A DNA stretch of 64,000 nt from Candidatus Phoenicimicrobium oleiphilum (GCA_039638295.1 JBDIWJ010000004.1:8874-72873), one strand, 5' to 3'; counted from the stretch's first letter, positions 37,119 to 47,776 are shown. The notes: a model not told the origin generated them from the sequence alone. Translations and numbers: made by a program.

Positions 37119-38330
37119 ATGTCATTAATTAGTGAAGAATTTTATTCTGTTTTAGCATCAAGAATGAAAGCATCATCTATAAGAGAAATCTTAAAGATAA
37201 TTCAAAGTTCAAATGTCATCTCTTTAGCTGGTGGTATGCCAGATCCCGCTACTTTTCCCGCTGAAGAAATAAATGAAGTAGCCAAACAAATATTGAGCAA
37301 GAAAAGTGCGCTTGCCTTACAATATAGCAGTACAGAAGGTTTAACGGAATTAAGAGAATTCATATTGAATTGGATAGATAAAGATAATAAAAAAGCAGGA
37401 CTGGATAATATTGTGATTACTTCTGGTTCTCAGCAGGGATTAGATCTGGTAAGCAAAGTCCTATTAGATCCTGGAGATATAGTAATAGTTGAATTACCGA
37501 GTTATTTAGCAGCCTTAAATGCTTTCCGTAGTTATGGAGGAGAGATGGTAGGTATTCCGATGGATGATGAAGGTATGCGAATGGATTCTTTAAGAGAGAC
37601 CCTAACTCAACTTAAAAAAGAAGGAAAAAGAGTTAAATTCATCTATACTGTTTCTACTTTCCAAAATCCCGCAGGAGTAACTATGTCTATATTAAGACGA
37701 AAAGAAATTCTGGAAATTGCCCGGGAATTTAATGTACTTATTTTAGAAGATAATCCTTATGATAAACTTAGATTTGAAGGAGAACCACTTCCTTCTATTT
37801 ATTCTTTAGATAAAGAGGGTTATGTAATCAGTCTGGGGACTTTTTCCAAGATATTATGTCCAGGTTTAAGGTTAGCCTGGATTTTAGGGAATAAAGAAAT
37901 TGTTGGAAAAATAGTAATTATGAAACAAGCAACAGATTTGTGCACTACTATTTTTAATCAGTTAATTGCTTATGAATATTGTACTAACTATGATATAGAT
38001 AAAAATATAGAATCGAATATTGAAATTTATAGAAAAAAGAGAAATGTAATGTTAAATGCATTAGATAGATATTTTCCTGCTGAAGTTATCTGGACAAAAC
38101 CTGAGGGAGGTTTTTTTGTTTTTGCTACTTTACCCGAGTATATAGATGCTGATGAAATGTTTTTGGAGGCAATTAAAGAAGAGGTCGCTTATGTAAGTGG
38201 TGCTCCATTTTTTGCCAACGATAAAGGGAAAAATACTATGCGACTTTCCTTCTGCTATCCCAGTGAGAAAGATATTGAGGAAGGAATTAAAAGATTAGGT
38301 AAAGTAATCAAAAAGAGAATTAAGAAGTAA
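37119..38330 (+). CDS. PLP-dependent aminotransferase, class I/II (fold type I)
   Basis: 403 aa with the pattern SSIREIL...GGMPDP...Y(S)STEG...ITSGSQQGLDL...EDNPY...FSKILCPGLRLAW, typical of 2-aminoadipate/aromatic-type aminotransferases. Confidence 0.8.
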   Translation: MSLISEEFYSVLASRMKASSIREILKIIQSSNVISLAGGMPDPATFPAEEINEVAKQILSKKSALALQYSSTEGLTELREFILNWIDKDNKKAGLDNIVITSGSQQGLDLVSKVLLDPGDIVIVELPSYLAALNAFRSYGGEMVGIPMDDEGMRMDSLRETLTQLKKEGKRVKFIYTVSTFQNPAGVTMSILRRKEILEIAREFNVLILEDNPYDKLRFEGEPLPSIYSLDKEGYVISLGTFSKILCPGLRLAWILGNKEIVGKIVIMKQATDLCTTIFNQLIAYEYCTNYDIDKNIESNIEIYRKKRNVMLNALDRYFPAEVIWTKPEGGFFVFATLPEYIDADEMFLEAIKEEVAYVSGAPFFANDKGKNTMRLSFCYPSEKDIEEGIKRLGKVIKKRIKK

Positions 38331-38421
38331 GAGCTCAGAATGCAAATTCGTATCTCGTATCGAGTATTGCGTATCGCATAGGACGCATTCTCCTATATTT
38401 CTACTACTAACATACGATTTT

Positions 38422-38457
38422 GTCACTGCAAGCCACCGAAGGGAGCGTGGCAATCTC
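38422..38457 (+). repeat. GTCACTGCAAG...CGTGGCAAT repeat, family G copy 2
   Basis: GTCACTGCAAGCCACCGAAGGGAGCGTGGCAATCTCG. It is related to 14459-14494. Confidence 0.5.
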
Positions 38458-38528
38458 GTTAATAATTAATATAGAATTGAATTCAATTGGAGAATTGGAG
38501 AATTTTTAATAATGAGGTGATGGTAAAA

Positions 38529-39443
38529 ATGTTAAAAACATTTAAGGAAGTATTAGAAAAAGCCAAAGATTATGGTCCAAAAAAAATGTCAGTAGCTGCT
38601 GCTCAAGCAGAAGATGTTTTACGGGCAGTTGAAGCTGCTCGATTAGAAGGATTAACTGATTCAATTTTGGTCGGTGATAAGAAAGAAATTATTCGGATAG
38701 CCAAGGAAATAGGAATTGATCCTTCCAACTATGAGATAATCGACAAACCAGATAAAACGGAAACTGCTAAATATGCTGTAGAGTTAATTAGAAATAAAAA
38801 AGCTTCTATATTAATGAAAGGAATAATGGGCACGGCAAGACTTTTAAAAGCTGTTTTAGATAAAGAGATTGGGTTAAGAACTGATAGATTACTTAGTCAT
38901 GTTTATACCCTGGAAATTAAAAATTATGATCGTTTACTTACTATGACTGATGGCGCTATGAACATTAGTCCAGATTTAAACCAAAAAGCACAGATCATTC
39001 AAAATGCAATACATTTTGCTCAATCATTGGGAGTTGAGAAACCTAAGGTGGCGGTTCTCGGGGCATTAGAATTAGTGAATCCTGATATGCCAGCTACCAT
39101 TGATGCTGCCTGTTTGGCTAAAATGAGTGAGCGAGGTCAAATTGTTGGTGGTATAGTAGACGGACCATTGGCTTTTGATAATGCTATTTCTAAAGTATCT
39201 GCTCTACACAAAGGAATTGAAAGCCCAGTTTCTGGAGAGGTAGATATTGTTTTAGTACCAAATATTGAGTCAGGAAACATATTTGCCAAGGGTTTGGTTT
39301 ATCTGGCTAAAGCAATACCAGCAGGATTACTTTTAGGCGCAAAAGCTCCAGTAGTTTTGACTTCTCGAGCGGATTCTGCCCAGTCAAAATTATATTCTAT
39401 TGCTTTAGGAGTACTAATGAGCGAGATGGCTAAAATAAGATAA
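38529..39443 (+). CDS. ptb: Phosphate butyryltransferase (phosphotransacylase)
   Basis: Typical Ptb sequence: MLKTFKEVLEKAK...AAAQAEDVL...ILVGD...LMKG...SHV...MTDGAMN...PNIESGN. The start is placed at ATG 38529 after GAGGTG. The track ORF opens at 38487. Confidence 0.85.
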   Translation: MLKTFKEVLEKAKDYGPKKMSVAAAQAEDVLRAVEAARLEGLTDSILVGDKKEIIRIAKEIGIDPSNYEIIDKPDKTETAKYAVELIRNKKASILMKGIMGTARLLKAVLDKEIGLRTDRLLSHVYTLEIKNYDRLLTMTDGAMNISPDLNQKAQIIQNAIHFAQSLGVEKPKVAVLGALELVNPDMPATIDAACLAKMSERGQIVGGIVDGPLAFDNAISKVSALHKGIESPVSGEVDIVLVPNIESGNIFAKGLVYLAKAIPAGLLLGAKAPVVLTSRADSAQSKLYSIALGVLMSEMAKIR

Positions 39444-39479
39444 AACAAAATTAGTCGAACTAAGAGAGGTGACATCTTG

Positions 39480-40553
39480 ATGGCTAAAGATTATAAAATA
39501 TTAGTAATAAATCCAGGTTCTACTTCTACAAAAGTAGCATTATTTTCTAATGAGGAGTTATTCTTCGAAAAGAAAATTGAACATAGCAGTGAAGAATTAT
39601 CTGTTTTTCATAAGATTATCGATCAATATCAGTTTCGGAAAGATATTATTTTAGATTTTTTAAAAGAAAAAGGAATTAATCTTTATACTCTCGATGCGAT
39701 AGTAGGAAGAGGGGGATTATTAAAACCTATTCCCAGTGGTACTTATCGGGTTAATGAAAAGATGTTGGAAGATCTGCGGAAGGGGGTAAGTGGTGAACAT
39801 GCCTCAAATTTAGGAGGGATACTTGCATATGGAATTGCCGAGAAGTTATCTATTCCTGCTTATATAGTCGATCCAGTAGTAATTGACGAGATGAAGCCTG
39901 TTGCCAGAATTTCTGGAATGCCAGAGATTCCCCGAATCAGTATACTTCATGCTTTAAACCAGAAAGCAGTAGCCCGAAAAGCTGCATTAGATTTAGGAAA
40001 AAAATATGAGCAAGCAAAGTTTATTGTAGCTCACCTGGGTGGAGGAATTTCAGTAGGAGTGCATTGCAATGGAAAAGTCATTGATGTTAATAATGCGCTT
40101 AATGGAGAGGGTCCTTTTACTCCCGAAAGGAGTGGTGGAGTTCCTGTTGGTGCTCTGGTAGAACTTTGTTTTTCTGGAAAATTTACTAAGGATGAAATTA
40201 TGAAGAAAATAAAAGGCAAAGGCGGATTAGTGGCTTATTTAAATACTAATGATGTTAGAGAAGTGATAAAGAGGATTGAGCAAGGTGACAAAAAAGCAGA
40301 GCTAATCTTAGAAGCAATGGCTTATCAAGTAGCTAAAGAGATTGGAGCAGGGGCTACAGTATTAAAAGGTCAAATAGATGCGATTATCCTGACTGGGGGG
40401 ATAGCTTATGCCAGTGAATTTGTAAATTTGGTAAGAGACAGAATAAGCTTTCTATCTTTAGTGATGGTATATCCTGGAGAAGAAGAGATGCTAGCTTTAT
40501 GTGAAGGCACTTTAAGGGTTTTAAGGGAGGAAGAGGTGGAAAAAATATATTGA
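39480..40553 (+). CDS. buk: Butyrate (branched-chain acyl) kinase, paralog 2
   Basis: Same motif set as paralog 1 ([35 protein letters not shown]). By eye roughly half the residues are shared. Confidence 0.85.
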   Translation: MAKDYKILVINPGSTSTKVALFSNEELFFEKKIEHSSEELSVFHKIIDQYQFRKDIILDFLKEKGINLYTLDAIVGRGGLLKPIPSGTYRVNEKMLEDLRKGVSGEHASNLGGILAYGIAEKLSIPAYIVDPVVIDEMKPVARISGMPEIPRISILHALNQKAVARKAALDLGKKYEQAKFIVAHLGGGISVGVHCNGKVIDVNNALNGEGPFTPERSGGVPVGALVELCFSGKFTKDEIMKKIKGKGGLVAYLNTNDVREVIKRIEQGDKKAELILEAMAYQVAKEIGAGATVLKGQIDAIILTGGIAYASEFVNLVRDRISFLSLVMVYPGEEEMLALCEGTLRVLREEEVEKIY

Positions 40554-41236
40554 ATAAAATATTAAATAAAAGGATAATGATATTTGTGGGAAGTTTTGGA
40601 AGCGGAAAAACAGAGATTGCTATTAATTATTCGATATATTGTCGAAAAGATTATAACCAGGTGGCAATTGTAGATCTGGATATTGTCAACCCTTATTTTA
40701 GAACTCGAGAAGTGAGAGGTACCTTAAATCTTAAAGGCATAAAAATAATTGCTCCTGAAGGAAAGATGGCTTATGCTGATTTACCCCTAATTTCCCCAGA
40801 AATAAAAGGTTTAATCCAGAATTCAAATTATCATCTGATTCTTGACGTAGGCGGAGATGACATAGGAAGTGTTGTTTTAGGTAATTTCGAACACTTTATT
40901 AAAGAGTTAGATTATGAAATGCTACTTGTGGTGAATTCTTATCGACCCTTCACTCAAAATTTATCTCAAATTATGCAAATGGCTCAGGAAATCGAAAATT
41001 CATCTCGCTTAAAGATTACTGGAATAGTCAGTAATCCCAATTTAAGCACTCAAACCGATGAAGAGGTAATAAGACAAGGGCATACTTTGATAAGACAGGC
41101 AGCACAAAAACTAAACCTAACCGTTAGATTTATCTGTGTAGATAAACGATTCTCTCAAAAAATTAAATCGGAAGATTTTGATGAACCAATATTTTATATA
41201 GAGCGTTTTATGCATTTACCATGGAATAAATTTTAA
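40550..41236 (+). CDS. P-loop NTPase of unknown role (SIMIBI/GPN-loop-like)
   Basis: 228 aa with Walker [20 protein letters not shown] and Walker B-like LILDVGGDD. It overlaps the buk stop and precedes the oxidoreductase genes. Confidence 0.5.
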   Translation: MNKILNKRIMIFVGSFGSGKTEIAINYSIYCRKDYNQVAIVDLDIVNPYFRTREVRGTLNLKGIKIIAPEGKMAYADLPLISPEIKGLIQNSNYHLILDVGGDDIGSVVLGNFEHFIKELDYEMLLVVNSYRPFTQNLSQIMQMAQEIENSSRLKITGIVSNPNLSTQTDEEVIRQGHTLIRQAAQKLNLTVRFICVDKRFSQKIKSEDFDEPIFYIERFMHLPWNKF

Positions 41237-41257
41237 AAGGAGGATAAAACAAAGAAT

Positions 41258-41461
41258 ATGGCAAAAATTGTAATTGATGAAGAAAGATGTAAAGGGTGCG
41301 AATTATGTCTTACGGCATGTCCCAAGCACATTATAACTATGTCTGACAATTTTAATAAAAAAGGCTATCATCCAGCTAAACAGATTAATCCGGAAGAATG
41401 TAGTGGTTGTGCTTTTTGTGCAATAACCTGCCCGGATGTTGCTATTGAAGTATTTAAATAA
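41258..41461 (+). CDS. 4Fe-4S ferredoxin, delta subunit of 2-oxoacid:ferredoxin oxidoreductase
   Basis: 67 aa with two CxxCxxCxxxCP clusters (CKGCELCLTACP and CSGCAFCAITCP). Confidence 0.8.
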   Translation: MAKIVIDEERCKGCELCLTACPKHIITMSDNFNKKGYHPAKQINPEECSGCAFCAITCPDVAIEVFK

Positions 41462-41730
41462 ATTAGTTTTAGCAGGCCAGTCTTCTCACTGTCTATTAGT
41501 AAATCTTTTTATTATAAGTTTTAGTTGACAGTTTTCAGTTTTCGGTTATTAGTGAACAGAAACAAATTATATACACTTGTCTTGCTAATAACTGGTTAAT
41601 TACTTCTTAACCGACAAACTGGCTAACCGGATAACTGGGTAACTAATAAAAAAGAGATATGAGATACGGATTAAGGTCTACAGAAAAAGGGATTTCTATA
41701 TTATTAAATTATTATTAAGGAGGCTGAAAA

Positions 41731-42786
41731 ATGGGAGAAAAAATATTGATGAAAGGAAATGAGGCTATTGGGGAAGCGGCAATACGTGCTGGTTGTCGAT
41801 ATTATTTTGGTTATCCGATAACCCCTCAGAGTGAGCTAACTGCCTATATGGCTAAGAAATTACTAAAAATGAAAAATGCTGCTTTTATACAAGCCGAGAG
41901 CGAAATTGCAGCCATAAATATGGTTTATGGAGCTGCTGCCACTGGAGTACGAGCTATGACCTCTTCTTCAAGTCCAGGAATAAGTTTAAAACAAGAGGGA
42001 ATATCTTATATTGCTCTTGCAGAATTACCTTGTGTAGTAGTTAATATGATGAGAGGTGGCCCTGGTTTAGGTGATATTCAACCTAGTCAAGGTGATTATT
42101 TTCAGGCAACTAAAGGAGGAGGGCATGGAGATTACCATTTGATTGTCCTTGCTCCTTCCTCAGTACAAGAGTTAGTAGATTTAACTATGGATGCTTTTGA
42201 TTTAGCAGATAAATATCGTAATCCAGTAATGATATTAGGTGACGGACTTTTAGGTCAAATGATGGAGGCAGTGGAATTTAAAGAACGCCCCAAAGTCGAC
42301 CTTCCGGATAAAGGTGACTGGATTATAACAGGGTGTAAGGACAGGGAACCCCGTCATATTGTCCCCTTTGATTTAGATCCCTCTGTTTTAGAAAAGTGGA
42401 ATTATAATTTAGGTGAGAAATATAAAAAAATTAAAGAAAAAGAGGTTCGATATGAGGCTGTAAATACAGAAAATGCAGAATTGATAATAGTTGCCTATGG
42501 AACAGTTGCTCGAATTGTAAAAACAGTAATTAGCAATGCTAAAGAAGAAGGGATTAATATTGGGTTAATTAGACCGATTACTTTGTTTCCGTTTCCTGAA
42601 AAGGTAATTAATAAAACTGCTGATAATGTAAAAAAATTTTTGGTAGTGGAAATGAGTTTAGGTCAAATGGTTGAAGATGTTAAATTGTCGGTAAACGGAA
42701 AAGCAGAAGTCAACTTTTATGGACGCGCTGGAGGGATAATACCTTCCCCGGAAGAGATTTTAAAAGAAGTAAAGAAATGTTTATAA
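41731..42786 (+). CDS. 2-oxoacid:ferredoxin oxidoreductase alpha subunit (VOR/KOR type)
   Basis: 351 aa with N-terminus MKGNEAIGEAAIRAGCRYYFGYPITPQSE and the typical alpha-subunit layout. Confidence 0.85.
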   Translation: MGEKILMKGNEAIGEAAIRAGCRYYFGYPITPQSELTAYMAKKLLKMKNAAFIQAESEIAAINMVYGAAATGVRAMTSSSSPGISLKQEGISYIALAELPCVVVNMMRGGPGLGDIQPSQGDYFQATKGGGHGDYHLIVLAPSSVQELVDLTMDAFDLADKYRNPVMILGDGLLGQMMEAVEFKERPKVDLPDKGDWIITGCKDREPRHIVPFDLDPSVLEKWNYNLGEKYKKIKEKEVRYEAVNTENAELIIVAYGTVARIVKTVISNAKEEGINIGLIRPITLFPFPEKVINKTADNVKKFLVVEMSLGQMVEDVKLSVNGKAEVNFYGRAGGIIPSPEEILKEVKKCL

Positions 42787-42835
42787 AGTATATAACTAAT
42801 AATTTTTATACTATTATGGAGGTGGATTTTATATT

Positions 42836-43582
42836 ATGAAGAAAGTGTTTGGACGACCAGTATCCTTAACTGATGTTCCTTTTACATATTGTCCCGGCTG
42901 TCATCACGGAATTGCTCATCGATTGGTAGCCGAGGTTTTAGATGAATTTGGGGTTAGAGAGAATACTATAGGAGTTTGTCCTGTAGGTTGTTCTGTCTTC
43001 GCTTATCTGTTTTTCAATTGTGATATGGTATGTGCCGCTCACGGGAGAGCTCCGGCAATTGCTACTGGTATTAAAAGGTCAAGGCCAGATTCAATTGTAT
43101 TTACTTATCAGGGTGATGGGGATTTGGCTTCGATTGGAACTGCTGAAATAGTTCATGCAGCAAATAGAGGTGAGAACATAACCGTTATATTTATAAATAA
43201 TGCCATTTACGGAATGACTGGTGGACAAATGGCGCCTACTACTTTAGCAGGACAAATAACTCAAACCTCTCCTTATGGGAGAGACCCTAAAACAATGGGT
43301 TATCCGATTAGAGTGAGTGAAATGTTGTCTACCCTTAAAGGAGCTACTTATATTTCTCGGGTAGCGTTAAATAAACCGGCAAATATAATAAAAGCTAAAA
43401 AATCAATCAAAAAGGCATTTCAAGTACAATTAGATAGGAAAGGATTTTCTCTGGTGGAAATTTTATCATCCTGTCCTACTAACTGGGGTTTAAGCCCAGT
43501 TGAAGCTTCTAAATGGGTAGAGGAAAATATGATTCCGTATTACCCTTTAGGTGAATTTAGAGTTCCTGAGGAGGTGGCATAA
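42836..43582 (+). CDS. 2-oxoacid:ferredoxin oxidoreductase beta subunit (TPP-binding)
   Basis: 248 aa with YCPGCHHG and the TPP-binding motif GDGD...NN..YGMTGGQ. Confidence 0.85.
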   Translation: MKKVFGRPVSLTDVPFTYCPGCHHGIAHRLVAEVLDEFGVRENTIGVCPVGCSVFAYLFFNCDMVCAAHGRAPAIATGIKRSRPDSIVFTYQGDGDLASIGTAEIVHAANRGENITVIFINNAIYGMTGGQMAPTTLAGQITQTSPYGRDPKTMGYPIRVSEMLSTLKGATYISRVALNKPANIIKAKKSIKKAFQVQLDRKGFSLVEILSSCPTNWGLSPVEASKWVEENMIPYYPLGEFRVPEEVA

Positions 43583-44122
43583 ATGTTAGAAGAAGTTATC
43601 ATTGCCGGATTTGGTGGACAGGGAGTAATGCTCATAGGCAGGTTATTAGCTTATGCCGGGATGTTAGAAGGAAAAAATGTTGCCTGGATGCCATCATATG
43701 GGCCAGAAATGAGGGGAGGTACAGCTAATTGTACAGTAATAATTTCGTCAGAAGAAATTGCCTCTCCAGTTGTACCATACCCTAAATCAATTATTATTAT
43801 GAATAAACCTTCTCTGGATAAATTTGAACCAAAAGTGAAGAAAGAAGGGTTAATTGTCTTAAATGACTCCTTAATTAAACAGAAAATAAATAGAGATGAT
43901 GTTGCTGTTGTTCGGGTATCAGCTAATGATATAGCTGATCAGTTAGGGAATTTAAGAATAGCCAATATGGTAATCCTGGGGGCGTATGTTAAAAAATCAG
44001 GAGTAGTAAGACTGGAGACTATATTTAAAGCTTTGGAAAAAGCCTTAGCCGGGCGTAATCAAAATTTAATAAAAATAAATAAAGAAGCATTGAAAAAAGG
44101 AGCCGAATTGGTAAAAGAATGA
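43583..44122 (+). CDS. 2-oxoacid:ferredoxin oxidoreductase gamma subunit
   Basis: 179 aa with the N-terminal GFGGQGV motif and PSYGPEMRGG, typical of gamma subunits. Confidence 0.85.
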   Translation: MLEEVIIAGFGGQGVMLIGRLLAYAGMLEGKNVAWMPSYGPEMRGGTANCTVIISSEEIASPVVPYPKSIIIMNKPSLDKFEPKVKKEGLIVLNDSLIKQKINRDDVAVVRVSANDIADQLGNLRIANMVILGAYVKKSGVVRLETIFKALEKALAGRNQNLIKINKEALKKGAELVKE

Positions 44123-44201
44123 AAAACTAAAAAACATTACCTATTTTCACAAGTACAAGAATTTAAAATTCAAAAATTCTTAATAAAATATTACTAATAA
44201 T

Positions 44202-44274
44202 GCAGGGGGCGGATTTATCCGCCCCGCATTGTTTTATTAATTTTTCTAACGGGTTCGATAAATCGAACTCCTAC
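44202..44274 (+). repeat. Double-hairpin intergenic repeat, family E copy 4
   Basis: GCAGGGGGCGGATTTATCCGCCCCGC, a spacer, then GGGTTCGATAAATCGAACTCCTAC. Confidence 0.75.
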
Positions 44275-44378
44275 ATTATACACTAAATGCTATTCGCTGA
44301 TTTATATTCTGACCCCTGCGTCCTGACTTCTGGATTCTTTATGTTTTACGCTTTGCATTTTTCATTATTTAATATAAT

Positions 44379-44420
44379 ATGATTGTGACCCAAAAAGTAT
44401 ACAAAATAGTAAGATAGTGG
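44379..44420 (+). repeat. Family F partial copy (5' module only)
   Basis: ATGATTGTGACCCAAAAAGTATACAAAATAGTAAGATAGTGG matches the 5' module of family F. The hairpins are absent. Confidence 0.55.
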
Positions 44421-44638
44421 TATGATGACTAAAATTATAATTTATTATGAAATTATCTGCAAGGTATCCTATATAATATAATATGATCTGTTAAAAATGT
44501 TTTAGCTTTTTGGGAAGTTACCATAATATAATAATAAATGTTATTTAGTTATTCAATCTATGATAGAATATAAAAAACAAATAACTATTTTTGTTATTAT
44601 AAGATATTCAATATACTAAAAAGAAAGGGGCTTAATTA

Positions 44639-45772
44639 ATGGTTAATAAAAAAAGATTGATAGAAAGTTTTATGGAATTAGTTAGAATAGATAGTGTATC
44701 CAGGGAGGAAAAGGATTTAGCTGATTTTTTGATAAAAAAAATAAAAAATTTAGGATTAGAACTTATAGTTGATCAGGCTAGTGAAAAGGTAAAATCTAAT
44801 AGTGGTAACATAATAGTTAGTTTAGAGGGAAATAATAATACGATTCCAATTATGTTTTCCGCCCATATGGATACAGTTATCCCGGGGAAAAACATTAATC
44901 CTCTTTGCGATGGAGAAAAGATAGTGAGTGATGGAAAAACAATTTTAGGGGCAGATGATAAGGCAGCAATAGCTGCTTTATTAGAGGCTCTTTATATTAT
45001 TAGAGAAAATAATATTCCTCATGGTGATATAGAAATTTTACTTACTATTTGTGAAGAAATTGGTTTAAAGGGAGCAAAAAATTTAGATATTTCTAATCTA
45101 AAAGCTCAAATGGGATTTGTTTTAGATGCAGGAGGTTCGGTAGGAAAGATAATTACTACAGCTCCTTCTCAGAATTCTCTGGAAATTACTATTTATGGTA
45201 AATCTGCTCACGCTGGTGCAAATCCTGAAGAAGGAATTAATGCTATCCAGGTGGCGGGATATGCTCTCTCCCGGATGAAATTAGGTAGAATAGATGAAGA
45301 AACCACAAGCAATATTGGAATTATCTCTGGTGGGAGAGCTACTAATATTGTTCCTGATGAGGTAATATTAAAAGGAGAGGTCAGGAGTAGAAATGAGGAA
45401 AAGATAGAGAAATATACTGAGCAAATAAAAAAAATAACCGAAGATACTGCTCGGGAATTTAAAGCAAAAGCGGAGGTAAAAATTAACAGAGAGTATTATG
45501 GTTATAATTTATCTCCTAATGACCAGGTAGTTAATATAGCAACAAAGGCGGCAAAAAACATAGGGCTGCAACCATTATTATGTCCTAGCGGCGGAGGTAG
45601 TGATGCAAATGTATTCAATAAAAAAGGTCTTCCTTCGGTAGTTTTAGCTTTGGGCATGGAAAAAGTTCACACTGTGGAAGAATATATCCTTATCAAAGAG
45701 TTAAAAAATACAGTAGAATATATTCTATCTATTATAAATGTGGTAGCTTCAGGAGAAAACTTAAATGAGTAA
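44639..45772 (+). CDS. M20/M25/M40 family metallopeptidase (PepT-like)
   Basis: 377 aa with HMDTV, GADDKAA, CEEIGL and SAHAG motifs typical of M20 peptidases. Confidence 0.8.
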   Translation: MVNKKRLIESFMELVRIDSVSREEKDLADFLIKKIKNLGLELIVDQASEKVKSNSGNIIVSLEGNNNTIPIMFSAHMDTVIPGKNINPLCDGEKIVSDGKTILGADDKAAIAALLEALYIIRENNIPHGDIEILLTICEEIGLKGAKNLDISNLKAQMGFVLDAGGSVGKIITTAPSQNSLEITIYGKSAHAGANPEEGINAIQVAGYALSRMKLGRIDEETTSNIGIISGGRATNIVPDEVILKGEVRSRNEEKIEKYTEQIKKITEDTAREFKAKAEVKINREYYGYNLSPNDQVVNIATKAAKNIGLQPLLCPSGGGSDANVFNKKGLPSVVLALGMEKVHTVEEYILIKELKNTVEYILSIINVVASGENLNE

Positions 45773-46307
45773 AGAAAATATTTTTCAAGAGAAAACTTTA
45801 TCTTCTACCAATATTTACCGAGGAAAAGTTATTAATGTCTGTCAGTATAAAGTAAAACTCCCTGATGGCAGGAAGACTATCCGAGAAATAGTTGAACATC
45901 CAGGGGCAGTAGTTATTTTAGCTTTAACTGATGATAAAAAGATAGTAATGATTAAACAATTCAGAAAACCTGCAGAGGAAGTTTTATGGGAGCTACCGGC
46001 TGGAACAATTGAACCAGGAGAAGATTTAGAAACTTGTGCTCGAAGAGAATTGGAAGAAGAGACTGGTTATTATCCTCGAAAGATTAAAAAGATAATAACT
46101 TTTTTCTCATCTCCAGGTTTTTGCAATGAAAAATTGACTCTTTTTTTGGCAAAAGATCTAGAAAAAAGAATTAAAAATGAAGATGCTGATGAATTTATCA
46201 AGGTTCAATTGATTACTCCCGATGAGACCTTAGATATGGTTAAAAATAATATTATTAAAGATGCCAAGACAATAATAGGAATATTATATCTCGTATCTTG
46301 TATCTAG
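45765..46307 (+). CDS. NUDIX hydrolase (ADP-ribose pyrophosphatase-like)
   Basis: 180 aa with the Nudix box [23 protein letters not shown]. Confidence 0.85.
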   Translation: MSKENIFQEKTLSSTNIYRGKVINVCQYKVKLPDGRKTIREIVEHPGAVVILALTDDKKIVMIKQFRKPAEEVLWELPAGTIEPGEDLETCARRELEEETGYYPRKIKKIITFFSSPGFCNEKLTLFLAKDLEKRIKNEDADEFIKVQLITPDETLDMVKNNIIKDAKTIIGILYLVSCI

Positions 46308-46376
46308 TGAATTGTATCTCCTGCTCCTCTCCCCTGAAGGGAGAAGGAGTCGGTGAGGGGGGAGCTATAATTAAAA

Positions 46377-47600
46377 ATGAAAAAATATTTTATGGATTTT
46401 CATGTGCATATTGGTAGAAGCAATAGTGGATCCCCGGTAAAAATAACCGCTTCTCGAGACCTAACTTTTGCCAACATTGCCAGGGAATGTAAATATAGAA
46501 AAGGGATTGACATTGTAGGTATTGTTGATTGTGCATCACCCGAAGTTATTAATGATATATCCCAATTAATGAATAGTGGGGAAATGAAACCTCTAAAAGA
46601 TGGGGGATTGATTTATCAAGATCAAGTAACCATTATTTTAGGTGCAGAAATAGAAACAAAGGAGAGAGATGGAGGGTCATCACATCAGATAGCTTATTTT
46701 CCCTATTTTGAAGATATAAAAGAGTTTAGTAAAATTCTTTCTTCTTTGGTAACGAATGTAAGTTTAAGCAGTCAAAATTGTAGAATTAGTGCCCAGGAAG
46801 CTTTTAAAATTATAGATCAAACTGGAGGAATTTTAATCCCTGCTCATGCCTTTACTCCCCATAAAAGTGTTTATGGAAATTGTGTGAAAAGGTTGGGAGA
46901 AATGTTTAACAAATCTACTCTAAAGAAGATTTCGGCTATAGAATTGGGATTAAGTGCGAATACAGAAATTGCTGACCGGTTGAAAGAATTGGCTCAATTT
47001 ACTTTTTTGACTAATTCAGATGCACATTCTCTGCCCAAGATTGGTCGAGAATACAATATAATAGAGTTAGAAAAGGCAAATTTTAAAGAGATTCTTTTAG
47101 CATTGCAGAGAAAAGAAGGAAGAAAGATAACTGCTAATTACGGTCTTGACCCTAAACTGGGTAAATACCATCGAACTTTTTGTGAAATCTGTAATTATAC
47201 TACTACCAGTAATCCCCCAATTTATAAATGCGAAAAATGCGGAAGTGATAAAGTAGTAAAAGGTGTTTTTGATCGAATTGTGGAGATAGGGGACTATCAA
47301 CAATCTTTTTCTCCTCCTCATCGACCGCCTTATTTTCAGCAGGTTCCTTTAGAATTTGTCCCCGGGGTAGGCAAAAAAACTTTAGAAAAATTATTTAGCT
47401 ATTATGGCACTGAAATGCATATATTGCATAAAGCTTCTTTTCAGGAAATTAGTCAGGTAGTAGGATTTGAAATTGCCCAAAATATAATTTTAGCCCGAAA
47501 GGGACTTTTAAAATTGAGCCCCGGTGGCGGGGGTAGGTATGGGAAAGTTAAACTAAATGAAAAGAAATCAAAAGCAGAGAATTTACAATTAAACTTATAA
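46377..47600 (+). CDS. Endonuclease Q-like PHP-domain protein (TIGR00375 type)
   Basis: 407 aa with an N-terminal PHP-like DFHVHIG, later AH and SDAHS metal ligands, a Zn-ribbon CEICN...CEKCG and a C-terminal helix-hairpin-helix (VPGVGKKTLEKL). The family assignment is from memory. Confidence 0.55.
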   Translation: MKKYFMDFHVHIGRSNSGSPVKITASRDLTFANIARECKYRKGIDIVGIVDCASPEVINDISQLMNSGEMKPLKDGGLIYQDQVTIILGAEIETKERDGGSSHQIAYFPYFEDIKEFSKILSSLVTNVSLSSQNCRISAQEAFKIIDQTGGILIPAHAFTPHKSVYGNCVKRLGEMFNKSTLKKISAIELGLSANTEIADRLKELAQFTFLTNSDAHSLPKIGREYNIIELEKANFKEILLALQRKEGRKITANYGLDPKLGKYHRTFCEICNYTTTSNPPIYKCEKCGSDKVVKGVFDRIVEIGDYQQSFSPPHRPPYFQQVPLEFVPGVGKKTLEKLFSYYGTEMHILHKASFQEISQVVGFEIAQNIILARKGLLKLSPGGGGRYGKVKLNEKKSKAENLQLNL

Positions 47601-47776
47601 ATTATTTTACTGAATTTTAATAAAAAGAAAAATGAAACCTCTAAAACTAGTTGATTTATATTGATTATAAACAACTAGTATTTTTTTTAAAATATTTTTT
47701 CAAAAAAAGAGGAAAATTGAATTTTATGTAGAATATATTATAATAGCAAGATAATTTTGTCAAAGGAGAATATTGG

